Translations under genes and position numbers: made by a program
Assembly: GCA_964519305.1 (NCBI GenBank)
Contig: CAZFHY010000006.1
Span: forward strand, 1-64,000
Origin: Candidatus Undinarchaeota archaeon
Lineage (GTDB): Archaea > SpSt-1190 > JASMDC01
Direction of reading: 5' to 3'
Length of the DNA: 64,000 bases
The notes under the pieces: generated by a model
Seen by the model: only the letters and a program-made list of their open reading frames with translations
The model's database searches: none
Told to the model about the DNA's origin: nothing
In this document: piece by piece, positions 26,269 to 38,500 of the stretch
Layout of the letters: the number at the start of each line of letters is the position of its first letter
How positions within the stretch are numbered: the first letter of the stretch is position 1

Positions 26269-27429
26269 TTAGTCCCTCCCCAAGATGTTGACGATCGCTG
26301 TCCCGCCCGATCCGCCGACGTTGTGTGTCATGGCACGGGTGGCACCGTCGACCTGACGGCCGCCGGCCTCGCCACGGAGCTGGACCATGGCCTCGTAGAT
26401 CTGGGCGATGCCCGTAGCGCCTACGGGGTGACCCTTGGCCTTGAGACCGCCGGAGGCGTTGACCGGGATCTTGCCGTCCCGGGCGGTGACGCCATCCTCG
26501 GTGGCGGGTCCTGCCTTGCCCTTCTCGATGAACCCGAGGTCCTCGATAGCCAGGAGCTCGGCGATGGTGAAACAGTCGTGCACCTCGACCAGGTCGATGT
26601 CCTTGGGGGTGAGCTTGGCGTTCTTGAAGGCCATCTTCCCCGCGGCCACCGTGGCCTCGAGCGTGGTGAGTGTCGCCCTGTTGTGGAGGGCGATCGAGTC
26701 CGAACCCTGCCCGGAGCCATGGATGTAGACGGGCGTATCGGTGAGCTTCTTGGCGATTGACTCCTTGGAGATCACTACGGCCGCTGCACCGTCCGATATC
26801 GGCGAGCAGTTCAGGAGCCTGAGCGGGTCGGAGACCAGCGTCGACTTCAGCACCTTCTCGACGGTGAGGGGGAACCGGAACTGCGCGTGTGGATTGAGCG
26901 CCCCGTTCGCGTGGTTCTTGACCGCGACCGCGGCCATCTGCTCCTCAGTGGTGCCGAACTCGTGCATGTGCCGTCGCGCCAGCATGGCGTAGAGGGCGGG
27001 GAACGTAACGCCGAAGTATGCCTCCCAGTCACCGTCGGCGGCCATGGCAAGGCCGCTGGTGACGTTCTCGGGGGGCAGGTCGGTCATCTTCTCGACGCCC
27101 AGGCACAGCACGGTATCGTACGCGCCAGCGAGAATGGATAGGTAGCCCATGCGCGCGGCCAGACCGCCGGATGCGCAAGCGGACTCGACCCTCGTCGATG
27201 GTTTGGGGGCCAGGTGCAGTTCGCGGGGGATCAGGGAGGCCAGGTGCTCCTGGCCGTTGAAGTATCCTCCCGCCATATTGCCTATGAACAGTGCGTCCAC
27301 GTCCTTGGGACTGACGCCTGCGTTCTTCATGGCCTTTCTTCCGGCCTCTACGGCGAGCTCCCTCAAAGAGAGGTTCCAGTGCTCACCGAAGCTGGTCATG
27401 GCACCGTCCACGACTGCGACTCGTTCCAT
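26269..27429 (-). CDS. Archaeal acetoacetyl-CoA thiolase
   Basis: VESACASG, SDGAAA, EVHDCF, KGHPVGATG. Confidence 0.95.
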   Translation of the reverse strand: MERVAVVDGAMTSFGEHWNLSLRELAVEAGRKAMKNAGVSPKDVDALFIGNMAGGYFNGQEHLASLIPRELHLAPKPSTRVESACASGGLAARMGYLSILAGAYDTVLCLGVEKMTDLPPENVTSGLAMAADGDWEAYFGVTFPALYAMLARRHMHEFGTTEEQMAAVAVKNHANGALNPHAQFRFPLTVEKVLKSTLVSDPLRLLNCSPISDGAAAVVISKESIAKKLTDTPVYIHGSGQGSDSIALHNRATLTTLEATVAAGKMAFKNAKLTPKDIDLVEVHDCFTIAELLAIEDLGFIEKGKAGPATEDGVTARDGKIPVNASGGLKAKGHPVGATGIAQIYEAMVQLRGEAGGRQVDGATRAMTHNVGGSGGTAIVNILGRD

Positions 27430-27431
27430 CT

Positions 27432-28487
27432 TCAGTCCTCCATCATCAGGAGCTTCCCACGGTTCTTGGTGTACATACCGTAGGAGACGTACTCCTTGTT
27501 GTCTATGTAACTGCGCACCAAAGGTGCGAGCTCGCGCTTCTTCTCGATGCCGTCGAGCACCTCAATGGAGAATGCGTCGCTGCCGGCGCCAGAGCCGAAG
27601 CTGGTGACAAGGATGCGGTCGCCGGGCTTGGCGACGTCGAGCACAGCGGCGAGCCCCAGGATCGAGGCGCCCGAGTAGGTGTTGCCGATCTCGCCCACGA
27701 GGATACCGGGTGTGATCTGTTCCTTGGTGAACCCGAGCATCTTGGCCACGTTCCGGGGGAACTTGCCGTTGGGCTGGTGGAACACCGCGTAATCGAAGTC
27801 CTTGGGTCCGACGTCCAGGTCCGCGAACAGGCCCTGAGTGGCGGAGACTATGTGGTTGAAGTACGCGGGTTTGCCTGTGAACCGGAATCCGTGTCGAGGG
27901 TACGGTACGTTCTCACGGCGCCAGAAGTCGGGTGTATCTGTCGTGTACGAGTGGGTGCCGATGAACTTCGCGATGCTGTTCTTGTGGGTCTTGCCTATGA
28001 CGTACATGGCCCCGCCGGAAGCGGCGGTGTACTCGAGGGGATCGCCGGGTGCGCCCTGGGCCGTGTCGGCCCCGCCGCCCAGTCCGTACTCGATGAGACC
28101 CGAGCCCACCATGCCGATGCATGTCTGGATGGCGGCCGTGCCGGCCTTGCACGCGAACTGGTAGTCCGCGGAGGTGAGGTCGGGGGTCGCTCCCACGGCC
28201 TCGGCCACGATCGTCCCGCTGGGTTTCACCGCGTATGGATGGGATTCGCTTCCCACGAACACGGCGCCGATGCGCGTCGGGTCGATACGCGCTCGCGCGA
28301 CCGCGTTCCTCGACGCCTCAACAGCGATGGTGACAGTGTCCTCATCGGAGTCGGCGACCGCCTTCTCCTTGACGAGGAGGCCCTTTGAGAGCACGTTTGG
28401 ATCCTGGCCCCACACCGCGGCGATTGAGTCCACCGTGATGCGGGTGCGTGGGATATAGATGCCGTAACCTTCGATACCTACGTTCAA
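27432..28487 (-). CDS. Hydroxymethylglutaryl-CoA synthase (archaeal)
   Basis: [41 protein letters not shown]; TTG start re-assigned. Confidence 0.95.
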   Translation of the reverse strand: MNVGIEGYGIYIPRTRITVDSIAAVWGQDPNVLSKGLLVKEKAVADSDEDTVTIAVEASRNAVARARIDPTRIGAVFVGSESHPYAVKPSGTIVAEAVGATPDLTSADYQFACKAGTAAIQTCIGMVGSGLIEYGLGGGADTAQGAPGDPLEYTAASGGAMYVIGKTHKNSIAKFIGTHSYTTDTPDFWRRENVPYPRHGFRFTGKPAYFNHIVSATQGLFADLDVGPKDFDYAVFHQPNGKFPRNVAKMLGFTKEQITPGILVGEIGNTYSGASILGLAAVLDVAKPGDRILVTSFGSGAGSDAFSIEVLDGIEKKRELAPLVRSYIDNKEYVSYGMYTKNRGKLLMMED

Positions 28488-28515
28488 ATCGATCCGCCTC
28501 TTTATTGATAATATC

Positions 28516-28674
28516 CTAGACGTTCTGGAGCGACAGGTCGCATATCTGGACCTTCTCTGCCAAGAACCGCTCCTGGATGGCACACTTCACGTCATCATCG
28601 ATCCACAGGGCCGCAGTATCGAGGTCCTCACGTGCATTTTCAATGTACGCCTCGATGATGAGCTTGATGGCCAT
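28516..28674 (-). CDS. 52-aa hypothetical protein at the head of the HMG-CoA synthase operon (not in ORF track)
   Basis: [52 protein letters not shown]; fills the intergenic gap, TATA-like sequence upstream. Confidence 0.55.
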   Translation of the reverse strand: MAIKLIIEAYIENAREDLDTAALWIDDDVKCAIQERFLAEKVQICDLSLQNV

Positions 28675-28731
28675 GTTGCTGAGGGTAGTACGTTGCTTTT
28701 TATCTTTATCCCGTGCTTAAAAGATGGTACC

Positions 28732-29283
28732 ATGGCGTTAAGCGAGTCCCTGGCCCGGCGATTGCACCCGGACGTGTTCAAGGCGTTGGAGCAGTCCAGT
28801 TCCAAAGCTGAGGAGTTGGAGACAGAGCTCGCCGCCGTGAAAGAGGAGGGCGGACGGCTCTCCGGGCGCGTGGTGGACCTGGAAGGACAGGTCGCGACGC
28901 TCACGGAGGAGATGAACGGCGTCGCCGTCTACGTCTGGCGTTCATCCGACCTCAACGAGGTGGACCGCATCATCCTCTCAAAGATCCATGCTGCGGGGGG
29001 CACGCTCCATACGGGCGAGATCCTGCGCGACATTGCCGCCACCAAGACACTTACTATGGGGACCCTGGACAAGCTCTTCAGGCTGGGGCTGCTGTCCGAG
29101 AAGGACGAGGATGCCAAGTTGTCGCCATGGGCAAAGCGCCTCATGGACCTCTCCGCGGACTACCGCGCTGCTGTGGGCACCGGTGTGGGCGGAAAGGAGG
29201 ACGAAGAGGACACCGCGGACGAAGAGGAAGGGACTGAAGACGGTCCTGAAGAAGGACCGGCCATCACCGTTCCGGGCGCGTAG
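28732..29283 (+). CDS. Hypothetical protein: coiled coil + wHTH-like region + acidic tail
   Basis: Heptad N-terminus, LNEVDRIIL...LDKLFRLGLL. Confidence 0.65.
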   Translation: MALSESLARRLHPDVFKALEQSSSKAEELETELAAVKEEGGRLSGRVVDLEGQVATLTEEMNGVAVYVWRSSDLNEVDRIILSKIHAAGGTLHTGEILRDIAATKTLTMGTLDKLFRLGLLSEKDEDAKLSPWAKRLMDLSADYRAAVGTGVGGKEDEEDTADEEEGTEDGPEEGPAITVPGA

Positions 29284-29293
29284 GGGTGCGATC

Positions 29294-29761
29294 CTACCGC
29301 CTGCAACGACCGCTGGAGAAGTACATATGCTCGCTCTGTTCGGTGAGCTCCTTCTTCGTGGCGAGGTCGTAGAGGTTCCGGGTCTTCTGGAGGGCCGCGA
29401 TGGCGTCGTTGCTGAAGCACTTGCCGTCGTCCCAGCCCCATCCTCGCATGATGCAGCATGCGCACTTCAGGCCCTCGTCCTCTGAGAGCTTGTAGCAGTC
29501 GCCCCACTTGCTGTACCCGTTGTCGAGGTGCACGTACAGGGTCTTCTCGTTCCCCAGGACGTTCAGCTGCTTCTTCTCCAGACACCATTCCTGCTGCCCG
29601 GAGCGTTCTAAGATCTGGTAGCACCGGTCGCACGAGGTCGAGGCATCGAGCCCCATGCTCTTAACGCCCTTGCAGACCTCGTTCTCCACGTTGTGGAGGC
29701 AGCCTGCCATCAGGATGGTGGCTAGTATCAGGAGCACGAGCAGTGTTGTACGTCCGGCCAT
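29294..29761 (-). CDS. Cys-rich putative lipoprotein
   Basis: LLVLLILATILMAGC lipobox. Confidence 0.7.
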   Translation of the reverse strand: MAGRTTLLVLLILATILMAGCLHNVENEVCKGVKSMGLDASTSCDRCYQILERSGQQEWCLEKKQLNVLGNEKTLYVHLDNGYSKWGDCYKLSEDEGLKCACCIMRGWGWDDGKCFSNDAIAALQKTRNLYDLATKKELTEQSEHMYFSSGRCRR

Positions 29762-29872
29762 GTCGGTCCTCTCTATACTATCTGTACCTCGCATTTGAAA
29801 AAGATTGCCCCCCCGCGGACATTTCGGCCCACCGCAACCTTAATATACCGCTTATCCTGCAGGAGGTCGTCA

Positions 29873-30505
29873 ATGCCTGTAATATGTGTCGGTGGTGTCG
29901 CTGGTGTTGGCAAGAGCACTGTCATCGGCGAGGCACGGGACCGGCTCGAGGCAGACGGGTACAACGTCTACAGCGTGGGTTCTTTCATGTTCGAGGAGGC
30001 CGAGCGCAGGGGTCTGGTTGAGGACCGGGACCAGATGCGTTTTCTGGAAGAGGAACTCCAGGACCAGCTGAAGGACTACGCCGTGAACCAGCTCGTAGAA
30101 CGGTCGGCGGCGGGCGAGAACATCGTGCTCGACTCGCACTACGTCATCCCGACGCCCGACGGGTACCTGCCGGGACTGCCCAACGAGGACCTGGAGCGTA
30201 TCGGTGTGGACGCTTACGTGCTCCTGTTCGCGGACGCCCAGGTGATATCCGAGCGTCGTATGAGCGATCCATCCCGCCAGCGGGACATGGACCCTCTCGA
30301 CGAGATCGGCCGGGACCTGTACCACGAAAGCCAGATGGCGCACGAGGTCGCAGCACAAACGAACGTCCCGCTCTACGTGATCGACACTACCCACAACAAC
30401 CCGAGCGGGTACGGTGAGCGGTTGATCGCGGTCGTCGACGACATCAGCGAGCGTACAGAGTACGATCCCGGTAGCGACGGGCCGGACACCTACGCCCTGT
30501 GCTGA
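29873..30505 (+). CDS. adkA: Archaeal-type adenylate kinase
   Basis: GGVAGVGKST, DRDQMR, DSH..IPTPDGYLPGLP, RR.SD.SR.RD. Confidence 0.85.
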   Translation: MPVICVGGVAGVGKSTVIGEARDRLEADGYNVYSVGSFMFEEAERRGLVEDRDQMRFLEEELQDQLKDYAVNQLVERSAAGENIVLDSHYVIPTPDGYLPGLPNEDLERIGVDAYVLLFADAQVISERRMSDPSRQRDMDPLDEIGRDLYHESQMAHEVAAQTNVPLYVIDTTHNNPSGYGERLIAVVDDISERTEYDPGSDGPDTYALC

Positions 30506-30517
30506 GCGGGCCCGGAC

Positions 30518-31306
30518 CTACTGCTTGACACCCACTTTCTTCGGTTTACGGACCAGTGTACCGTCGGGCAGCTTGATGGTCCCGTCCGGGAGAATGACCG
30601 GCCGGCCCTTGGGCGGAGGACGCTTCCGCTGTTTCTTACGCTCCGGCGGCCCTTCCCGTCGCTCGATCCGGATGTCCCGACGCTTCCCCCGCGGAGCACG
30701 CTCTTCCCGTTCGCGTTCCTCGGAGCCTGCAATGATAAGGAGGAATAGGCCGCCGACGATGGCCGTCAGTAAGATGATGGGCACCAGCCCGCTCCCCAGC
30801 AGGTCCTGGGCGTCCCCCAGTGGTTCGAAGATGAACCTGAACCCCCGGTCCCCGGGAGCCTCCCACAGCCACCACAGATCGTCCCATACATTGACCGCGG
30901 TGACAAGAATGCTTGCCAGGAGGAGGAGCGCGCCCAGGGCCTGGAGGATGTCCGAGCTGGAAAGGAGCTTGCGAAGCGCTCCGGCGATGATGGCGCAAGC
31001 GGGCGCCACCAGGGTGATCCCGAGGACCATCGCAGCCACGAGGGTGATCCCCAGCCGCATCCAGATGATCCACAGGACGACGACCACCTTGACGAGCCAG
31101 TGGGCCCAAGCCAGCCCGCCGGAGCCCCCGAAGAACGTGAGCACCAGCATGGGGATGTAGGAGAGAGCGGCAACGACGAAGAGCACCATGGCGCCACCGA
31201 ACACGCCCACGGCCAGCGCCGCGACCTCACCTAGGGACAGCTCCTCTTCCAGGGAGACCACGCCCACGGCGAGGGCAAGTGCCGCCAGCTCAACGAGGAA
31301 CGACAT
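30518..31306 (-). CDS. Multi-pass membrane protein with a basic tail
   Basis: Several hydrophobic helices. Confidence 0.65.
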   Translation of the reverse strand: MSFLVELAALALAVGVVSLEEELSLGEVAALAVGVFGGAMVLFVVAALSYIPMLVLTFFGGSGGLAWAHWLVKVVVVLWIIWMRLGITLVAAMVLGITLVAPACAIIAGALRKLLSSSDILQALGALLLLASILVTAVNVWDDLWWLWEAPGDRGFRFIFEPLGDAQDLLGSGLVPIILLTAIVGGLFLLIIAGSEEREREERAPRGKRRDIRIERREGPPERKKQRKRPPPKGRPVILPDGTIKLPDGTLVRKPKKVGVKQ

Positions 31307-31422
31307 CCTGATGGACGTACCTTCGCACAGCTTCAAATGATTACCTGTACCCGCTCACCCACGAAGGGCCCAACCCCGGTGAACGTATCTTGAAATAATA
31401 GTACAATCGGTCTCTGGGCACC

Positions 31423-32511
31423 ATGGCCCTACCGTCGCTCCACCGGACCCTGGCAGAGCTGGTGCGCATTCCCAGCGTGACGGGCGAGGAGGGAGCGATC
31501 GCGGACCATGTCTGTGCCCGGCTCAAGGATGCAGGGGTCGTGTTCGAGCGCGACGCCGATAACAACATCACCGCATTCCTGGGCCCTGAAGGGGGCGATC
31601 CGATATGTCTGTGCGGGCACCTGGACACGGTGCCGGCAGGGAAGGGCTGGGACCACGATCCCCTCGAACCACAGGTGGCCGACGGCGTGATGACCGGTCT
31701 TGGTGTCTCGGACATGAAGGCCGGGCTGACGCTGATGCTCGATGCCGTCACATGGGACCTGAAAGAGCCCGTTGTGCTGGCCTTCGTCACCAACGAGGAG
31801 GAGGGGACACAAGAGGATCCCGACGGTGTCGCACCATTCCTGGCGCGTCACAGGCCGCGGGCCGCGGTTGTGCTGGAGCCCACCGCCGTGGACGGCCGGG
31901 TCATGGTGGAGGCAGGATGTCAGGGTGATCTGGTGGCTCGGTACGTGTTCGAGGGACGTGCTGCTCATTCGTCCCGGCCAGAGCTTGGCGATAACGCCAT
32001 CACCAAGGCCACCCGGCTTATCGCTGACGTGGAACGCCGCGCTACAGAGCTGCGGTCCATCCCTCTGCATACCGGGATGATCGCCCATCCCTCGCTAGCG
32101 GCGACCCTCATCGATGCCGGTATCAGGTCCAACGTCATCCCTGACCGCGCCACGGTGACCGTCAACCGCCGTGTCGCCCCGGTCGAGGACATGGATAAAG
32201 TGATTGAAGGGCTGGCGGCACTTGGACCGGCCGAGTTCCCCATGGTGTGTCCTGGCTTCGTCCTGCCCGAGAACGATGCCTTTCTCGAAGAGATGTTGGA
32301 CGCTTGCAGGGATACGCTGGGGTACGCTGAAGCGTACTGCTCCCGCGGTTGGAGCGATGCTACGGAGTTCGCGGTGGCCGGCATCCCTGCAGTATCTCTG
32401 GGACCGGGCACGCTCAGTGCCTGCCATGAGCCCAACGAGGCCTGCGTGCTCGCTGATCTGGACCGGTGCAAAGCAGTGCTGCAACGGTTGCTCGACAGGT
32501 CCGCGCGATAG
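31423..32511 (+). CDS. M20 family metallopeptidase (ArgE/DapE-like)
   Basis: GHLDTV, GVSDMKAG, NEEEG, GRAAHSS, HEPNE. Confidence 0.92.
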   Translation: MALPSLHRTLAELVRIPSVTGEEGAIADHVCARLKDAGVVFERDADNNITAFLGPEGGDPICLCGHLDTVPAGKGWDHDPLEPQVADGVMTGLGVSDMKAGLTLMLDAVTWDLKEPVVLAFVTNEEEGTQEDPDGVAPFLARHRPRAAVVLEPTAVDGRVMVEAGCQGDLVARYVFEGRAAHSSRPELGDNAITKATRLIADVERRATELRSIPLHTGMIAHPSLAATLIDAGIRSNVIPDRATVTVNRRVAPVEDMDKVIEGLAALGPAEFPMVCPGFVLPENDAFLEEMLDACRDTLGYAEAYCSRGWSDATEFAVAGIPAVSLGPGTLSACHEPNEACVLADLDRCKAVLQRLLDRSAR

Positions 32512-32595
32512 TCGCAGACCCATTTAAATATACGACGAACCATAGGGTTTTCATTGGACAGGGGGTGCTCCGTCGGTCGACGGGGCGATGGGATA

Positions 32596-35500
32596 ATGGC
32601 AGGACGTCTGGTTAGATCGGCAGCAGTATTGATCTGCTCATGGCTAGTACTGGTAGCCATAGCAGCGGACGGTCCTGCAAGTGGCGATACCGTATGCTGC
32701 GACGGGTCCGGCGGCGCGAGCATGACCTCGCGACAGGAGTGCACGTCCGGCGGTGGGACCGTCTCGTCCGATACCGTCCAGGCCCCTGCGAAGCCAGAGG
32801 ACGATCTCATCTCCGGCAGCGGGACTGGCCCTGCTGCTCTGAACGTCGAGGACCTCAAGTGCGACTCGGACAAGATGGACAACATCGATGCCCGTAACAT
32901 GTGCGAGCATCTCAAGAAGATGGGCTCGTCCTACGACAGCATCGACGGCTTCATGTACGGCAAGGACGGGAAAGGGGGTATCCAGGGACACCTGGAGGAG
33001 CTGCACGCCGCGCTAGTAAAGCAGTGCGATAACTGCACTGAGACCCATAAGGACTTTCAGGCGACCCTGTACGACGACTGTGCCAAGGCCGGCGGCGGTC
33101 GTACCGGCAACCTGGCCTTCGATATCAACGCCATCGCCGCGGCCACCACCGACCAGTTCGGACCGGCCATCTGCGACGATGCAGGGAAGTTCGTCTGCCT
33201 CGCCGATGATGCGCACAAGTGCCAGGCACGAGAGGATGGAAAGGGCGGCGCGCTCGAGGGCGCACGTCAGTGCGGCGTGTGCGTGGTCGCGTCCTGCTGT
33301 GCAGGGAAGAAGGTCCTGCCCGGCGGTTTCGAGGACCCGGACGCGGCGGCAGGTGCCTGCAGCGAGGACAAGATCAATCCGAAGGAGGGTCCGTGCCCTA
33401 ATTCCCGGACGTGGGAGTGCACCATCAAGGACGGTCCCCTCAAGAAGAAGCAGAACGACGACCTGGGTATACATGGTGCCCGTGGCCTGTGCGAAAAACC
33501 GGGTGACGCCGCCTCGTGCTCGAAGACGGGGCAGGGAAAGGCGCCCGCCGGCTGCACCAGCTCGTCGTCCGGTGCGTGCTCACAGACGGGCAATCCTAAG
33601 CGATGCAAGAGCAAGATCTGGGGCGACAGCCCGTCCACCGATTCAGGGAAGAGCGACAACTCGGCGATGAAGTGGTGCACGGACGATGGTGGCGACGGGA
33701 AGCGCAGGCCGGCCGTGTGCAAGCACAAGGACGCGTGCAGCGGGTGCAACTGGAAGGAGGGCAGCTCCAGTGAGCAGCGCAGCGAGGACTACGACAAGAA
33801 CGTTCTCGAGTGCTACGGGTACAAGGAGGCCAATCCCAAGTGCGAGCAGGAGGGCATCAGCGAGGACGAGGTGAAGAAGCACACCTACTGCTTCGCCAAC
33901 ACGGACCAGTACCACCGGTACACCTGCGACGAGGACGGGAAGTGCAAGGACAAGGACTCAGTGGGCGCCGTCGTGGAGGTGACGCCCTCGGAGAACGCCG
34001 TGGTGCTCCCCGCGGCACTTGCCGAGTGCCAGGTGCGTGTGGCGAACCTCAAGGACGTGTGCACCGTCTCCGGCTCAAAGACGTTCGGCAAGGGCGGGAC
34101 CGATATAACCCCCTGCGCCATGGCCCCGCTCATCAAGGAGATGATGGAGTTCACCGAGAACTTCCATTACCGTTACCTGGGCTCGGGCGGTGTGAAGGAC
34201 CAGATCCGGACCATGTGGGACAAACTGGAATGCCCCGGTGAGCTGGGCGGTCCCGGGACCGATTCGGCCGCTGCGATGAAGGGCGACGGGACGGGCAACG
34301 ACCAGATCGCCACCCAGGTGGCAGAGGATGAGAAGAAGAAGGCGGAGGAGCGGGCCGCGAAAGGTTCCGCCGACTCCAACGCCATCGTGAGCGAAGCGAA
34401 CTCCTGGAAGGGCACGCCCTACGTGTTCGGAGGGAACACCCGAAGCGGCATCGATTGCTCCGGTTTCACCCAGCAGGTCATGCGCAAGAACGGTGTGAAC
34501 ATCCCCCGGACGGCGGCCAGCCAGTGGGCGGCCTGTCAGCGGAGCGGCGGGACGTACGTGAACGCCAACGAGCTCCAGCCCGGCGACGTCCTCTACTTCC
34601 AGAACACCTACAAGAAGGGTGTCAGCCACACGGGCTTCTATGTGGGCAACGACCAGTACATCCACGCGCCCAAGACCGGTGACGTGGTGCGGACCGTGCG
34701 GTTCTCCACCTCGCGACACTACAAGAGCCATTGGAAGGGAGCGTGCAGGTTCACTGGACTGAAGGGCGGCAGCCCACCGGGCGGGACAAAGGGCCCGGGG
34801 GCCACGCCCGAGCAGCTCAAGGCGAACACCGTCACCAACGAGATGCGCACCGTGGGCTCGCTGCGGAACGAGCAGGCCGAGTTCGGTATCGGGATGAAGG
34901 AGTTCCAGGACCGGATCAAGAAGCTCATCGCCCTTACCAAGGCCGAGAAGGGGCTGCACTGGGACATCACGACCAAGCACGACGACTTCGGTAAGGCCTA
35001 CGATCCCGCGACCTTCGCCACCGAGGAGGGCCACCTCCGGCCCACGATGAACTCGGGCGAGCACAAGGACGCACCCATGTACGAGGGGTATGCCTGGTCG
35101 ATCGCCAAGGAGGATGATACCCTGTGCCAGCTGGAGGCCTCCAAGTGCACGGACGCCGATGGCGAGGCCCTGGGTGACACCGAGAAGGCGAGGACCAAGC
35201 TCGTCGAGCGCACCAAGGCCGCTGTGGAGGAGAAATGCAAGGGCTGCCATCTCCTGCCCCAGGTCATAGGTAAGTGCAAGAACCCGTCGAAATCATGCAG
35301 GTCCGAGAAGGACAAGTGCGAGGTGGACGGGCTCTCCTCTTCCGTGGACTTCGACCGCCATCGCAACACGGACGCCTGGGGCGGTTCCGCGCTGAAGGCC
35401 GTGGAGAACATCAAGGGGCTGCCCGAAGAGGTGTTCACCCGGATCGACGGATGCTACGATTACGCCATCGACAAGACCAATTCAGCGCAGGAGTGCAAGG

Positions 35501-38500
35501 GACAGGGCGAGGGGTCCGCTTGCTCCGACGGTATCTGCTGCTCGGGAGAGTGCACCGATGCCACGGCCTGCAATGCGTACGGCCCTCAGGGCCCTGGTGG
35601 TCCCGGCGGCCCCGATGGCCCCGGACAGGACCAGCAGCAGCCACCGGGCGATCATCCCCCCGGCTGCTCGTGCCAGGCCTGCAGCGGCGGTCAGCAGCCC
35701 AGCGCCACTCCACCCGCCGACGAGGAGGAGGAGGGGCCTGGCGGAGAAGAAGAGGAAGAGCCCGGTGATGAGGAAGAAGGGGATGAGCCCGGCGAGGAAG
35801 AGGAATCCGGTGATGAGGAGGAAGAAGAAGAGGAAGAGGGTCCGGACGATCCCGAGGCCCGTCTCTCGTGCCACGGTTCGAAGCGCACCGATCCCTGCAC
35901 GCTGGACGACAAGGACGGATTGTGCTGCACCGGGGACGACAAGCTCTATTGTCTCGCTGACGAGGACGAGTGCCCGGACGACCCGACGTTCGCTCAGGAG
36001 TGCGAAGGCCAGGACGACGGTGCCCCCTGCTTCGAGGAGAACGGGGAGCCGCAGGGCATATGCTGCATACCTCCGGACAGCGATGTGTCCGTGTGCCGGC
36101 TCGGCGCTTCCTACTGTCGGACACGCATCGACGAGGAGGACCTGGATTCGACCAATCCCACCGAGTGCACCGATGCCTGTCAGCAGTGCTTCGACACTTC
36201 CAACTCGCACTGTCAGGCCCGCGCCGGGGTGTGCGTTTGCGAGATGGGACGCGAGTGGCGGACAACTGGCAAGCAGTGCCCGCAGAGCGTCCCCCCGCCC
36301 ATGAAGGCCCGATATCAGGCGTGCTGTGAGGCGCTGTTCGCCGACGTGCTCGTGATCGAACCGCCCGAGGCCATGGACGGACCTTTCATCGAGGGTGACG
36401 CCACTTATGCGGCAGGGACCGTCATGACCTTGCGTCTCAGGAACCCTGACGAGTCGTCGGTGCACGTCTGCGGTGAATGGTGGCGCGCGTTCGCGTCCGT
36501 CGAGGGCTGGACCGAAGTGAAACAGGTGGAGAAGGACCTTCCTGTCGGGTGCATGGCCGTGCCGTCGAGCGCGGCGGTCACCTGGGACCTGGAGGGCGTC
36601 CTCGACGAGGAGGACGAGCCCGGGCCGATGGGGATCGGGAGCTACAAGGTCGAGATGTGCTACTGCACGTCCGTGGTCGGTGACGATTGTCTGACCGGCG
36701 CGAAGCGGTGCGTCGAGCACAGGTTCCGGGTCGTGGACCCCGGGACGACGTTCGGCGAGGGTGACCTGTCCATGTGCATGACGCCCTCGGGGCTAACTAC
36801 CGGTGTCAGCTACGACCGGTGCCGTACCGTCAGCTCGGACACGGGATTCTGCTGCTCGCTAGGGTTCGAGGAACGGGCCCTTCCCCTGGACTGCAGCGGT
36901 GTCGAGGACGGTTACGAGGACCCGGTGCTCGACGAGTGCAACGTCCGGAACCCGGGAGAGGCGCGTCTGGCCGAGCGTTGCCGCGACCTTGCCATGGACG
37001 AGGACGTGGCCTGCGAGGAACGGTGCCTGACCGATCATCCGGGACTGTCCTCACAGGAGGTGTGCCTCAGCGATGAGTGCGAGGCAGATCCACTCCTCAC
37101 CGACCGCCTGGTCGGGTGCGGAGCACACGAGGAGTGCCTGCGGGTAGAGAAGGCGCTCCATCCCGATCTAAAGGTGACCGTGGGTATGGTGAGGGGTGGT
37201 GAGTTCGCCACGACGTTCTATGCGGGCGAGCCCGCTCAGGTCGAGGTGGAGGTGTACAACGCCGGCCAGTTCGGCTTCTCGGGCGCCGTGGAGACCGCGA
37301 TACTACATCTGGTCGCGTGCGACTGCCCGGCCTGTCCCGCGGGTTACACTTGCGATTGCGAGTGCCAGGAGGAGCGCACCGCTACCGTATCCCGCGAGCT
37401 TTCGCTGCTCCGCCCGGGAGAGACGTTCAGGTACCGTACCGACACCATGTCGCTGGCAGAGAGCATGGCCAACGGGACCGTCCAGCCGGTGGCGACGGTG
37501 GCCCGGACCGGTTCGCCAGTGGCCGAGGCACGTGGTGAGCTCGTACACGTGCTTGAGATGGGCCAGCTGGAGGTCACCGAGGCCTGGTTCGAGATGGGCG
37601 GTGAGCGTGCCACCAGCGCCTATCCGGGCGCAGAGATAACGGGTGTGGCCGAGCTTTCCTCGCGATGGTTCCCGTTGAACGTGAGCCTTTATCTGGAGAT
37701 AGGTGGTGTCGAGATCGATGGCACCCGTGCTACCGTGGAGGTCACCGGACCCGTGAGCAGCCTGTCCATGACCACTCTTCCCTGGGAGGTGACCGCCGAA
37801 AAGATCGAGGCGGTGACCCGCTTGGGCGTTGAAGTGGTGTCGCCTGAAGGCGACGTGCTAATGAAGCGGACGCTGCTAGAACAGGGAACGGGCGCCGCGG
37901 ACTGCGCTGGTTCGGTGATGACCACTGCTTGCCACGATGGCAGGGGACGCGTTCTCCGTTCCTACCCCGCAGGTTATCTTGAGGTGCGGCCTCTCAGGCT
38001 TCGCGTGACGGACGCCTACTTCATCGACGCTGACGGCAACGCTGTCAACACCCTCTACGAGGACACCGAGATGCGGGCAATAGTGGTCGTCGACAACGGC
38101 GCACCCATCGCGTTCACAGGCGTTCTGGAGGCCATAGTCGCCGGGGATGACGGGGCCGATGTGGCCGAGGGCCATGCCCTGGTCGATACCGAGCTCCCGG
38201 CCCGTGGCGGCACGAAACGTCTCGAGACACCCTCGTTCCAGGCCACAAAGGGCTCGACCTACACGATCAGGGTCCGTGCGGCCGGGACGGACGGTACGGT
38301 CTGGAACGACCAGCTCGTAAGCAAGTACCTCTTCCCGCACGGGACGCTGGTCGTGATCGACGAAGAGGAGATGACCGACGAGCGAAATGACGTCAGCACG
38401 CACCTGATATTCACAGCTTGCGAGGTGCGGGTGTCGTGTGGGGCGTGCCTGCCGGTGTGCGAGCTACACGTGGACCCTACGACCTGTTCCCTATCGACCC

